This document shows, piece by piece, positions 29,258-38,459 of a DNA stretch of 64,000 nucleotides (positions are counted from its first letter, which is position 1; each line of letters opens with the position of its first letter). This DNA comes from an uncultured Chlamydiae bacterium (GTDB taxonomy: Bacteria > Chlamydiota > Chlamydiia > Chlamydiales > SM23-39), in NCBI GenBank assembly GCA_963730605.1, contig CAVSSM010000011.1, forward strand, positions 32,001 through 96,000, given 5' to 3'. Under the pieces are notes generated by a model. That model was not told where the DNA came from and did no database searches. It was given only the letters and a program-made list of their open reading frames with translations. A program made the translations under genes and the position numbers.

Positions 29258-31447
29258 ATGGTTAAAAATTATTCAAATAGAAAATTTGGCACTATTGAAG
29301 GGGTCGTCATACCAAACATTCTCCAAATGATTGGTGTCATATTATTTTTACGAGTTGGCCTCGTTTTAGGACACGTAGGCATTTTTCAAATGTCGATTAT
29401 CATCACTTTATCTGCCCTCTTGCTCCTGATTACCGGTCTTTCTTTAGCGGGAATTGTCTCAAATATGAAAATGAGCGGAGGCGGCGCGTATTATCTCATC
29501 TCCAGATCTTTAGGGATTGAATTCGGTGGGGCGATCGGTATCTTAAGCAGCCTTTCTCAGTTATGCTCCATTTCCCTTTGTGTGACAGGCTTTTCTCTTT
29601 CTGTGAATGAATTTTTCCCGAACACCTCTTTGCCCATTGTCAAAGCCCTGACGCTAACTACCCTATTTTTAATCTCTTATATATCAACAAACCTGGCAAT
29701 TAAAACCCAAATTTTCATTTTCATTACACTAGCGGCATCCATTGGTGCAGTTTTTTTTGGAAATGCAGATCAATTGGCTAACTTACAGCCAAATTCGATC
29801 GGGCCTACCCTGACATTTTGGGGCGCATTTGCGATGTTCTTTCCTGGAATGACAGGAATTGAAAGTGGGATGTCGATGTCTGGGGATTTACGCAACCCTT
29901 CTCGCTCTATCCCAATAGGAACGCTGTTATCCATCACTGTCGTCTACCTTGTCTATCTTGGGATCTCTTTTTTTCTATCATCCTTCGTTCCTCCTGAGCT
30001 ACTTAGATCCTATCCCTTCATTCTCTACTACACATCTAAAGCCGGATTCCTAATCATCATGGGGATCTGGGCTGCCACGATTTCGAGCGCTTTGGGTGTA
30101 GTTCTAGGAAGTCCTCGGGTCATACAAGCGGTCGCCAAAGATGGAATTTTACCCCGCTTCTTATCAAAAGGGCATGGAGAGACAAACCAGCCAAGAATCG
30201 CCACCATTACGGTCTATATCCTCGGGATGATTTTCACCTTAGGAACTGAAATTGACCAAATCATCCCCATGCTGACTATGTCGTGCCTGGTTTCTTATGG
30301 ACTCATCAATTTTATCGCCTGTTTTGAATCATTAATGAAAAATCCAAGCTGGCGTCCCTCAATTCAAGTTCATTGGCTTATTTCACTGATCGGCACGGCC
30401 GGGTGCTTGATCGCTATGTTTATGATTGCCCCTGGGGCTGCATTTATCGTGATTGCAGCCGTTACGGTTGTTTGCTCATGGACAGGCAAAAGACAAATTC
30501 AAGCAAATTGGGATGATTTGAAATACAGTATCCTCTCTTTCTTTGTTCATCAAGGGACCATTAAGTTAAGCAACGTAGAAGTGAGCGCAAAAAGCTGGAG
30601 ACCCCACATTCTTACTCTATTTGAAGAACCGAAAGTGGAAAAAAACCTCGCATATTTTACTCATGCCTTAAATCAAGGTAAAGGCTTTCTCACATTTAGC
30701 GCCCATGCGCCTCTCGGCCAAAAAATTAACGAGGTAAGAGACAATCTTAAGATCGATCTAAAGGGATTCAAAATCCCCTCTCATATCCATGTCAATGATG
30801 CTTCCCATCCTTCTCTCTCATTTGGACAAATCATCCGAAATTATGGGTTTGGATTATTAAAACCCAATACGATTGTGATGAGGCCTCCGATGAATTATAA
30901 AAAGCACTCCTTTGCCCAGCTTTTGTTAGACACCCATTCGCAACACAAAAATATCGTTATTCTCAAAGATGACTCAAATAAGGATTACTTATTTACCGAT
31001 CCAAGCCGAAAAAACAAACAAATTAATCTTTGGTGGCGAGGCAAGTATCCAGGTAATTTCGAGTTTTGCTTAGCCCTTGCTTATCTACTGCAACAAAGTA
31101 AACTTTGGCCTAACTCCAAAATTTGCATTAAGATGCTGGCTAAAGATGAAGCTCATCAAAATAAGCTTCATCAACAGTTTGATATGTACAGCTCTGAACT
31201 TCGGATTAAGAATTTAGAATTCTGCCCTATTCTCGATCCTAATGAAAACTTTTTTACGAACTTCGAAGCACATTCTCAAAATGCTGACCTGACTTTTTTG
31301 GGGCTTAAAAAACCGGAAGAAAATACGACGGCTGAAGAGTATGAAGAGTATTACCAAAACCTATCGCAAAACACCAAAGGGGTGAACAATATCGCTTTTG
31401 TTATTTGTGGTGAAAAATTCGAATTCCGCAACATTTTCAGAGACTAA
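29258..31447 (+). CDS. APC superfamily / SLC12-like cation-chloride cotransporter
   Basis: GVILFLR, GGAYYLISRSLG, FFPGMTGI...SGDLRNP and SWRP motifs with a cytosolic C-terminal domain; AT-rich. Confidence 0.88.
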   Translation: MVKNYSNRKFGTIEGVVIPNILQMIGVILFLRVGLVLGHVGIFQMSIIITLSALLLLITGLSLAGIVSNMKMSGGGAYYLISRSLGIEFGGAIGILSSLSQLCSISLCVTGFSLSVNEFFPNTSLPIVKALTLTTLFLISYISTNLAIKTQIFIFITLAASIGAVFFGNADQLANLQPNSIGPTLTFWGAFAMFFPGMTGIESGMSMSGDLRNPSRSIPIGTLLSITVVYLVYLGISFFLSSFVPPELLRSYPFILYYTSKAGFLIIMGIWAATISSALGVVLGSPRVIQAVAKDGILPRFLSKGHGETNQPRIATITVYILGMIFTLGTEIDQIIPMLTMSCLVSYGLINFIACFESLMKNPSWRPSIQVHWLISLIGTAGCLIAMFMIAPGAAFIVIAAVTVVCSWTGKRQIQANWDDLKYSILSFFVHQGTIKLSNVEVSAKSWRPHILTLFEEPKVEKNLAYFTHALNQGKGFLTFSAHAPLGQKINEVRDNLKIDLKGFKIPSHIHVNDASHPSLSFGQIIRNYGFGLLKPNTIVMRPPMNYKKHSFAQLLLDTHSQHKNIVILKDDSNKDYLFTDPSRKNKQINLWWRGKYPGNFEFCLALAYLLQQSKLWPNSKICIKMLAKDEAHQNKLHQQFDMYSSELRIKNLEFCPILDPNENFFTNFEAHSQNADLTFLGLKKPEENTTAEEYEEYYQNLSQNTKGVNNIAFVICGEKFEFRNIFRD

Positions 31448-31700
31448 TGAGCTATCCATTAATTCAACTAATAATCGTAATTTTATTTACAGCATCTTTG
31501 GTTTTTGTAAAAAAAACGATCACCCACTGCATCTAAACCAAAATGGGGGCAAGCCATAATATTTGGGGTAAAGCTTTTCTCCATTCTGTACGCAAGCCGT
31601 TCCACTTTTTCATCTGGCTTACCGTTTTAGTATTTGTCATTCGACTTCTCCAACAGATGTTTATCCAAGATGAAATAATAAAGGCCTTATCTTCCTCCTT
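31447..31700 (+). pseudogene. N-terminal fragment of a membrane protein (possibly MscS-like)
   Basis: ATG overlapping the permease stop; hydrophobic segments interrupted by a stop or frameshift. Confidence 0.35.
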
Positions 31701-31714
31701 TTATAGAGGCGGGG

Positions 31715-32557
31715 TGCTCCTCCTATCGCCCAGGAGCTGAAATTTATCTCCTCGACGACAAGTTCCAAATGGTGCCAAAAGGAGAGATCTTTATCTCTGC
31801 GATGGGCTCGCTTTAGGGTATTTGAACCAGCCCGATTTAACAAAAGAGAGATTTTTCTCCCTTCCTCTTCAAGGAAAATCAATCCGGATCTACAGAACCG
31901 GAGATTATGCGCGCCTCTTGCCAGAGGGAGAGCTTGAATATTTGGGACGAATTGATACCCAAGTCAAAATCCGGGGATTCCGGATTGAACTTGGCGAGGT
32001 CGAAGAGAGTCTGAAACAGTACGATTCAATCCATGAGGTTGCGGCTCTTATCAAAGAAAAGCAGTTATACCGAATAATCGCCTATTATACGGGAGATCGA
32101 GAAATTGAACCGGGGAAATTGAAAAGAGTTTCTCTCTCTTTGGTTCCCCTCTGCAGCTGTTCCTTCCCATTTTGTTTATCTGGAGAGGTTCTCGAGGACG
32201 CCAAATGGAAAAATAGACAGGTCTACTCTTCCCGCTCTATTCCCCCCTTCTTCTGCAGAGTCTGATCTTCCTCAAGGAGAGACGGAAACGTCGATCGCTC
32301 TCATTTGGAACAAGGTTCTAGAAAAGAATGTCGGAGTGAATAAAAATTTCTTCGAGGCAGGAGGCGATTCAATGAGTTTGGCCGCCTTACAAACGGCGTT
32401 GTCTCTCCAACTGCAAATCAATATTTCGATGATCGACCTATTGCAGTATCCCACGGTCCGAAGGTTTGCAGCGCATCTCGATGAACCAGAAAAAATGGCT
32501 TTGCCTCAGGACAAGAGAAAAACAGTTTCTCTATTTAGAGCAAGGTTCAAGAAATGA
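31715..32557 (+). pseudogene. NRPS remnant (C-terminal half of adenylation domain plus carrier domain)
   Basis: YRTGD, GRIDTQVKIRGFRIELGEVE and NFFEAGGDS motifs in shifted frames. Confidence 0.85.
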
Positions 32558-32562
32558 CCGAT

Positions 32563-32594
32563 CAAGCCTCTGCCTTTAGGTAGGGGTGGTTGAC
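32563..32594. mobile_element. Isolated IS200/IS605-family (IscB/TnpB-type) end hairpin
   Basis: Reverse strand reads GTCAACCACCCCTACCTAAAGGCAGAGGCTTG. Confidence 0.55.
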
Positions 32595-32729
32595 CTCCTT
32601 GAACTTTTAGATGGGAAGCCTCTCAAAGAAGAAGATCTATCAGACTCGAGGCTGATCAAGAGTTTCCATTTCGAAAATCTACCCCTTAATATCTCTTGAT
32701 CTGCAGAGCGCTAAATTGCTAACCCTCTC

Positions 32730-32902
32730 TAAGGGGCTGTTAAAGAATAAAGTAAACTGTTGTGCGGTTCTTAGAGTGGCCCAGATGTCTGCGGCAGCGA
32801 CAAGGTCAATGTTCGAGCAATATAACCGAGTCGCTGCCGTCTGACAGATGGGCCGCTATAATGGCCTGGAAATGGTTTAACTTATTTTTTAACAGCCCCT
32901 AA
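32730..32902. mobile_element. Palindromic MITE-like element, family F
   Basis: TIR AGGGGCTGTTAAA / TTTAACAGCCCCT; internal CGGCAGCGAC / GTCGCTGCCG stem. Confidence 0.82.
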
Positions 32903-32924
32903 GCGGGCGCGGTATAACTTTGGC

Positions 32925-34295
32925 TTAGTCGAGCCAGAAGTTGGTTTGGGCTTGGGCTTGGTTGAGGAACATCTCTTCCCCGTGGACGATGCGGCAGCCA
33001 AGGCGTTGGGCTTCTTTTAAGAAAGACGTTTCTTTCGGGGCAATGACAATATCCATCACTAGAGAAGTAGAGGGAATGTCGATGGGCATGGGATCGGGCG
33101 AGCAATTGATCAAGATGTCGGCATCCAGAGGGATATCTTCAAGGCCGCCGGAGGCCCCGCCGACTGCGGCGGCAAGTTCTTCCGCACGAGAGCGCGTCCG
33201 GTTCAAGATGAGGACGTGGGCCCCGCGCGCGGTTGCTTCGAAGGCGATGCCGCGAGCTGCGCCGCCGGCTCCGATCAGGACGACTTTCTTGCCTTTTACT
33301 TTTAGTTGTTTTTCGATCGCGTCGAGAGCGCCGGTGCCGTCGGTATTCGTCCCATAGATGCGCCCTCCTTTGAAAAGAAGCGTGTTCACCGCGAGAGTGG
33401 CGCGTGTTTTGGCGTCCATTTCATCGACGAAGGGGAGGATTTTTTCTTTGAGAGGGATCGTGACGCTCAGGCCCCGGATTCCTAGTTCCTTGGCATAGCG
33501 GATAAAGGTTTCCAGCTCTTCCGGGTTGACGATCATTTTAATGTAAACCGCATTTACATTGCGTTTCTGGAAGACGCCGTTATGGTAAATGTGCCCCGGG
33601 CTTTTGGCTACGGGATTCCCGATGAGGCCATAAATATCCGTGTGGGTATTCAGGGAGGGATAGCGGTAGATATCGACGAGGTCTTGGATAGAAATCTGCC
33701 CGGGGGCTGTAGGCTGATCGCCTTTGAGTACAGCATAGTCTAGAAGGTTGCCTGCGACTTTGCCGAGTACGCGGGCGAACTTTCCTTTTTCCCCCATGCA
33801 GATCGCGCTTGCCCCGGGGTGCTTTTTCGCGAAAAGGAGCATCCGGAGCGCGTCGTTTGCGGAAGTAGCCATGACGGCGATTTTGCAGGTAAAGGGGGAG
33901 TGCCGAGATAAGGTTGTATAGATCTCGTGGAGGTTTTCGGGCGTTTTTTCAAAATCGTGATGGGAGAGGACGAAACGGGTTTTGGGATGAGACTGTGTGG
34001 CTTTGAGCAGAAATGCGGGCCTCATATCTCCTTCGAGATCGAAAAAGGGGGGCGAGAAGGCAAGCAGCCGCTCGATGAGGCCTTCCCGCTCCTCTTCCGT
34101 CCCATGGAACTTCCCGCCCTGGGAGGGTTTACGCAAGGTGAGCATTACAGGAAGTGGGGAGGCGCTAAGAAACTTTTTAATCTCTTCCAGGTCGATCTTG
34201 GGGCAAAGATCCAGGCGTAGCTCAAGTCCCTCTACAGCAGGAGGCAGATCCTTGGGAATATCGGGATTAGAGAGGGATGTAAAAAGCATGGACAT
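32925..34295 (-). CDS. aroDE: Bifunctional type I dehydroquinate dehydratase / shikimate dehydrogenase
   Basis: ELRLD, SHHDF and TAPGQ (AroD); SVTIPLK, NTDG and GAGGAA (AroE). Confidence 0.9.
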   Translation of the reverse strand: MSMLFTSLSNPDIPKDLPPAVEGLELRLDLCPKIDLEEIKKFLSASPLPVMLTLRKPSQGGKFHGTEEEREGLIERLLAFSPPFFDLEGDMRPAFLLKATQSHPKTRFVLSHHDFEKTPENLHEIYTTLSRHSPFTCKIAVMATSANDALRMLLFAKKHPGASAICMGEKGKFARVLGKVAGNLLDYAVLKGDQPTAPGQISIQDLVDIYRYPSLNTHTDIYGLIGNPVAKSPGHIYHNGVFQKRNVNAVYIKMIVNPEELETFIRYAKELGIRGLSVTIPLKEKILPFVDEMDAKTRATLAVNTLLFKGGRIYGTNTDGTGALDAIEKQLKVKGKKVVLIGAGGAARGIAFEATARGAHVLILNRTRSRAEELAAAVGGASGGLEDIPLDADILINCSPDPMPIDIPSTSLVMDIVIAPKETSFLKEAQRLGCRIVHGEEMFLNQAQAQTNFWLD

Positions 34296-34318
34296 CGATC
34301 CTTCAAATGTGATACAAT
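34289..34318 (+). promoter_or_regulatory. Probable sigma66/sigma70-type promoter of the aromatic operon
   Basis: TGGACA-N18-TACAAT with extended TGn. Confidence 0.45.
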
Positions 34319-34328
34319 CTAGTTTATC

Positions 34329-34427
34329 ATGAGCAAGAACGCAAGGATCACATCCTCGACCAGATTAGTTTTGGGCACTCAGCTTGCTCCCGCTTATTCA
34401 TTCTATTTCTTCTATTTTGGCGCATAG
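34329..34427 (+). CDS. Phe/Tyr-rich leader peptide (probable attenuator uORF), 32 aa
   Basis: MSKNARITSSTRLVLGTQLAPAYSFYFFYFGA*; stop codon sits in the hairpin TTTGGCGC-ATA-GCGCCAAA, followed by a T-rich tract. Confidence 0.75.
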   Translation: MSKNARITSSTRLVLGTQLAPAYSFYFFYFGA

Positions 34428-34493
34428 CGCCAAATTCATTTGTTTTTTCTATCAGATTCTTAACCCAAAAAACAAACTAGAGGAAATAGTACT

Positions 34494-35498
34494 ATGCTTA
34501 TCAAAATTAAAAAATCAGCTCATGCTGACGATATCCAGATCATTCGCCAATTGTTGGACCGCCACAATTTAGGACATCGCGTCATTGGAGAGACACTCAT
34601 TGGAGTGGAGTCGAATCCATCCGAGGAAGTCACGCGCGAACTCAATACTCTGCGTGCTGTCGAAAACGCAACGCCGATCGCCTCGCCCTATAAATTGGCG
34701 AGCCTTGCGGCCCATCCGGAAAAAACAGTGATCCGCATCGGCGATGTCGAAATAGGCGGCAAGGCTGTCGTCTTGATGGCCGGGCCTTGCGCTATCGAAA
34801 GCCAGGAGCAGCTCGAAGCGGTGGCCGAAGGGTTGAAAGGAACCGGCGTTTCGGTCCTGCGCGCCTCCGCGTACAAACCGCGCACTTCTCCCTACAGTTT
34901 CCAAGGGATGGGTGAAGAGGGATTGAAGCTCCATGCAAAAGCAAAGTCCAAGCACGGCCTTCTCATCGAAACGGAAGTGATGGATATAAGAGACGTGGCT
35001 CTTGTGGCCTCCCACGTAGATATCATCCGGATCGGGGCGCGAAACATGCAGAATTTCGATCTTTTGAAAGCGGTCGGAAAATGTGGAAAGCCGGTCATTT
35101 TGAAGCGGGGCATGTCGGCCACGATCGAAGAGTGGCTCATGAGCGCCGAGTACATCATCGCCCACGGCAATCCCGATGTGATTTTGTGCGAGCGGGGCAT
35201 CCGGACCTTCGAGAACGCAACGCGAAGCACCTTGGATCTCAGCAGCATTCCGGTTTTGAAGAGCCTCACCCACTTGCCTGTGATCGTAGATCCGAGCCAC
35301 GCCGCAGGGCGCAAGGATTTGATCCCGGCGCTCTCTTGCGCGGCGATCGCCGCTGGGGCGGACGGGCTTCTCGTCGAGGTTCATGCGAATCCGAAAAAAG
35401 CCAAATGCGATGGAAAACAGGCCCTTTTACCGTATGAATGGGCCGAGCTAGTTGCGCAACTTAGAAAAGTCGCGATTGCAATGGGGAGGTCGATGTGA
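34494..35498 (+). CDS. aroF: DAHP synthase class I-beta
   Basis: AGPCAIES, KPRTSPYSFQG, IGARNMQNF and DPSH motifs. Confidence 0.93.
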   Translation: MLIKIKKSAHADDIQIIRQLLDRHNLGHRVIGETLIGVESNPSEEVTRELNTLRAVENATPIASPYKLASLAAHPEKTVIRIGDVEIGGKAVVLMAGPCAIESQEQLEAVAEGLKGTGVSVLRASAYKPRTSPYSFQGMGEEGLKLHAKAKSKHGLLIETEVMDIRDVALVASHVDIIRIGARNMQNFDLLKAVGKCGKPVILKRGMSATIEEWLMSAEYIIAHGNPDVILCERGIRTFENATRSTLDLSSIPVLKSLTHLPVIVDPSHAAGRKDLIPALSCAAIAAGADGLLVEVHANPKKAKCDGKQALLPYEWAELVAQLRKVAIAMGRSM

Positions 35499-35767
35499 AA
35501 CTCGACGATTTGAGAAAAGAGATCGATGCGCTCAACCGCGAGCTCGTAGAGCTGTTAGGGAAAAGGATCGAGGTGGCCCGCAAGGTTGTCAGGATCAAAA
35601 AGGAAGGGCAGCTTCCCATCTTGGATGTAGATCGGGAACAGGAGATTAAGGATGAGATGCGCCAGCTTGCAAGGGCAAGCCGGATCAGCGCATCTTTTAT
35701 CGAAGAGATTTTCGATTTGCTTCTCGAATACACCCGTCTTGAAATGGAAATGGAGGCGGCAAAATGA
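35495..35767 (+). CDS. Chorismate mutase (AroQ type)
   Basis: LDDLRKEIDALN...KR...K...DREQE pattern. Confidence 0.88.
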   Translation: MKLDDLRKEIDALNRELVELLGKRIEVARKVVRIKKEGQLPILDVDREQEIKDEMRQLARASRISASFIEEIFDLLLEYTRLEMEMEAAK

Positions 35768-37341
35768 TGAAGATCGGCATCATCGGATCGGGACTCATGG
35801 GAGGGTCTCTTCAAAAAGGGATCGCCAATGGAATCGCCAAGGGAATCGATGGGGTTTTGCTCGAGGGCGATTGGATCGAAAAGATCGAAGAGATCGACAT
35901 TTTGATTTTGGCTACTCCGATCACCGCCATTTTGGAAATCGCTGAAAAAATTGCAAAGCGGCGAGCTCGAAAAAAACTTCTTGTCCTCGATATCGGAAGC
36001 GTCAAGAAGAGGATTACGGAAACATTCGAAAAACTGACAGACGGCTTTGTTAAATTTCTTGGGAGCCATCCAATGGCAGGCACAGAAAAAAGCGGATACG
36101 AAAACAGCGACCCCAAGATTTTTCAGGGAGCCGTCTGGGTGATCACGCCTCATAACAAGAACACTGAAGGCTCAATGACAGTGGCCGAAGAGTTGATCCG
36201 CAGCCTTGGCGCAAAGCCGATGCGGATGGATGCGGCGGAGCACGACCGGCGGGCCGCGATCATCTCTCAACTCCCTTATCTCATTTCAAAGACGCTTTTC
36301 GATTTTGTCGATCCCGAAAGCCTTGCAATGGCGGGGCCGGGGTTCAAGTCAATGATTCGGCTCGCCGCCGATAATTTGGAAATGCGAAGAGAACTCGGCC
36401 GCTACAACCGAGAGAATATTGCACATTGCCTGAAACAGTATATTGACTCATTAACAAATTTGCTAGGATCTGAAATGCAGGAAGCGAAGCGAACGGAATG
36501 CGATCCTGCTTCAGGATCGCCAAAGAACTACAGTTTCCGGAGGAATCCTATGAAGAAAATCGCATATCAAGGGGTCCCAGGATCATATAGCCATATGACG
36601 GCGCTTCGCCTCTTTGGGACCGAGGCTGCTTTCTTGGGGCTTTCCCAATTTTCGGACGTGATCGAAGCCGTTGAAAAGGGATCTGCAGACGCCGCCCTTC
36701 TTGCCATCGAGAACACGCTCATCGGGCCGATCTATGAGGTGCTGGATTTAATTGGGGAAAGCACGTTGGAGATCAATGGGGAGACGCCGACGCGGATCGA
36801 ACATTGCCTTCTGACTCTTCCGGATGCGGAGATCGAAGAGATCCGAACCGTTTATTCTCATCCGAAGGCGTTGGGGCAATGCCTGAAGTTTTTCCGCAAA
36901 CACCCTAACCTCCTCCCTGAAGCCTATGTCGATACGGCAGCCGCTGCCGGCTTTGTCGCGAAAAAGAAAGATCCAAGTGCGGCCGCGATCGCAAGCAGGA
37001 TGGCGGGATCGATCCATGGGCTCAAAGTGTGCTTGGCGAACATCGAAGACAACCCCGAAAATTTCACCCGCTTTCTCTTGCTTTCGACAAAACCCTCAGA
37101 GGGTCCGAAATGCACGATCCGGATCACTTTGGAACATAAGCCCGGAAAGCTCGCGGAGATCCTTTCGGTCATTTCCAAGGAGGGGGTCAATGTCACCTCC
37201 ATCATCTCTCGCCCCCTCATCGGCCGTCCGTTCGAATACGCTTTTTACCTCGATCTCGAAACGCCGAGCGTGTCCCTCCTCGAAGAGATCAAGGGAAAAT
37301 CCAAAACCTTCCGGAACTTAGGCCGCTACGGTGCATTATGA
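35764..37341 (+). CDS. Prephenate dehydrogenase (TyrA) fused to prephenate dehydratase-ACT (PheA)
   Basis: GSGLMGGS, DIGSVK and HPMAG; then IAYQGVPGSYS, IENT, SHPKALGQC and NFTRF; internal ATG with GGAGG at 36550. Confidence 0.85.
   Translation: MMKIGIIGSGLMGGSLQKGIANGIAKGIDGVLLEGDWIEKIEEIDILILATPITAILEIAEKIAKRRARKKLLVLDIGSVKKRITETFEKLTDGFVKFLGSHPMAGTEKSGYENSDPKIFQGAVWVITPHNKNTEGSMTVAEELIRSLGAKPMRMDAAEHDRRAAIISQLPYLISKTLFDFVDPESLAMAGPGFKSMIRLAADNLEMRRELGRYNRENIAHCLKQYIDSLTNLLGSEMQEAKRTECDPASGSPKNYSFRRNPMKKIAYQGVPGSYSHMTALRLFGTEAAFLGLSQFSDVIEAVEKGSADAALLAIENTLIGPIYEVLDLIGESTLEINGETPTRIEHCLLTLPDAEIEEIRTVYSHPKALGQCLKFFRKHPNLLPEAYVDTAAAAGFVAKKKDPSAAAIASRMAGSIHGLKVCLANIEDNPENFTRFLLLSTKPSEGPKCTIRITLEHKPGKLAEILSVISKEGVNVTSIISRPLIGRPFEYAFYLDLETPSVSLLEEIKGKSKTFRNLGRYGAL
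36464..36550. mobile_element. 87-bp palindromic element forming the TyrA-PheA linker
   Basis: TAGGAT...ATCCTA ends; perfect internal hairpin GCGATCCTG-CTT-CAGGATCGC; GAAGCGAAGCGAA motif shared with 51084-51250. Confidence 0.65.
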
Positions 37342-38459
37342 GAACGTTCAATCCATCCGCGACAAACGCGGTCAACGCCGAGATGAACCGCTTGCGCAAA
37401 TCGGGGGTGCGTATCTACAATTTCGGGTCGGGCGATCCGGTCGTTCCGAACCATCCGGCTGTCTTGAAAGAGGTCGAAAAAGCGGTTAAGGAACAGATAA
37501 GCCCTTATGCTCCTGTCGGAGGCCTTCTCGAGCTCCGCGAGGCGGCGGCGGAATGGATGAATTGCCGTTACGGCAGCCATTTCGGGGTCGATCAGACGAT
37601 CGTTACCTGCGGAGGGAAATTCGCTCTCTTTGCCGCCCTCGAGGTACTCTTGAATCCGGGAGAAGAGGTTCTGTTCGCGGCGCCTTACTGGCCCTCCTAC
37701 CCTGACATCGTACGGCTTGCCGGAGGCATTCCAAAGCCGATCGTCCTCGACGAAAAAACAGATTGGAAAATCACTCCGGAGGATATAAAGCGTCATGCTG
37801 GAAAAAAAACAGCCGTGTTTCTTTTCAATAATGGATGCAATCCGACCGGCGCTCTCTATTCAAAAGAGGAGGTCGCCGCCCTTCTCAAAGCCGCTAATCA
37901 GGCGGGGCTTTATGTGGTCGCAGATGAGGTCTACAGCGAAATGGTTTACGATGGCGCGAAATATGTTTCATGCGCCGCCTTTGCCGAATATGGCTCTCGC
38001 ACCGTGATCATCGAAAGCTGTTCGAAGAATTTCGCGATGGCCGGATACAGAGTGGGTTTTGCGTTCGCAGGCCACGAGATCATTAAGAACATGATCGCCG
38101 TCCAAAGCCAGTCGACGACCGGAACTTCCCACATCAGCCAACGGGCGGCGCTCGCTGCTCTTCGCCACTCAAGAGAGGCCGCGGCGCTTGTGCAGGGTGC
38201 GATGGACCGGAGGCGGAAGCTCTTTTTCCGCACCTATAACGAGCTTTTCGGCACCTCGTATAAGCCCCCCGCATCCACCCTCTATTTCTTCGTGAAAATC
38301 AAGGGGACCTGCGAGGAGATTCTCAAAAGGGCCCATGTCGCCTTAGTGCCGGGCAGCGCGTTCGGGCTCGATGGCTATGCCCGCTTTGCCTTTTCGGAGA
38401 GCGAAGAGGATATCGTTCTTGGACTGAAAGCGTTTAAAGCTTTTGAAGAGCGAGCGTAA
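37338..38459 (+). CDS. Class I/II PLP aminotransferase (aspartate/aromatic)
   Basis: NPTG, DEVY and SCSKNFAMAGYRVG motifs. Confidence 0.9.
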   Translation: MRTFNPSATNAVNAEMNRLRKSGVRIYNFGSGDPVVPNHPAVLKEVEKAVKEQISPYAPVGGLLELREAAAEWMNCRYGSHFGVDQTIVTCGGKFALFAALEVLLNPGEEVLFAAPYWPSYPDIVRLAGGIPKPIVLDEKTDWKITPEDIKRHAGKKTAVFLFNNGCNPTGALYSKEEVAALLKAANQAGLYVVADEVYSEMVYDGAKYVSCAAFAEYGSRTVIIESCSKNFAMAGYRVGFAFAGHEIIKNMIAVQSQSTTGTSHISQRAALAALRHSREAAALVQGAMDRRRKLFFRTYNELFGTSYKPPASTLYFFVKIKGTCEEILKRAHVALVPGSAFGLDGYARFAFSESEEDIVLGLKAFKAFEERA

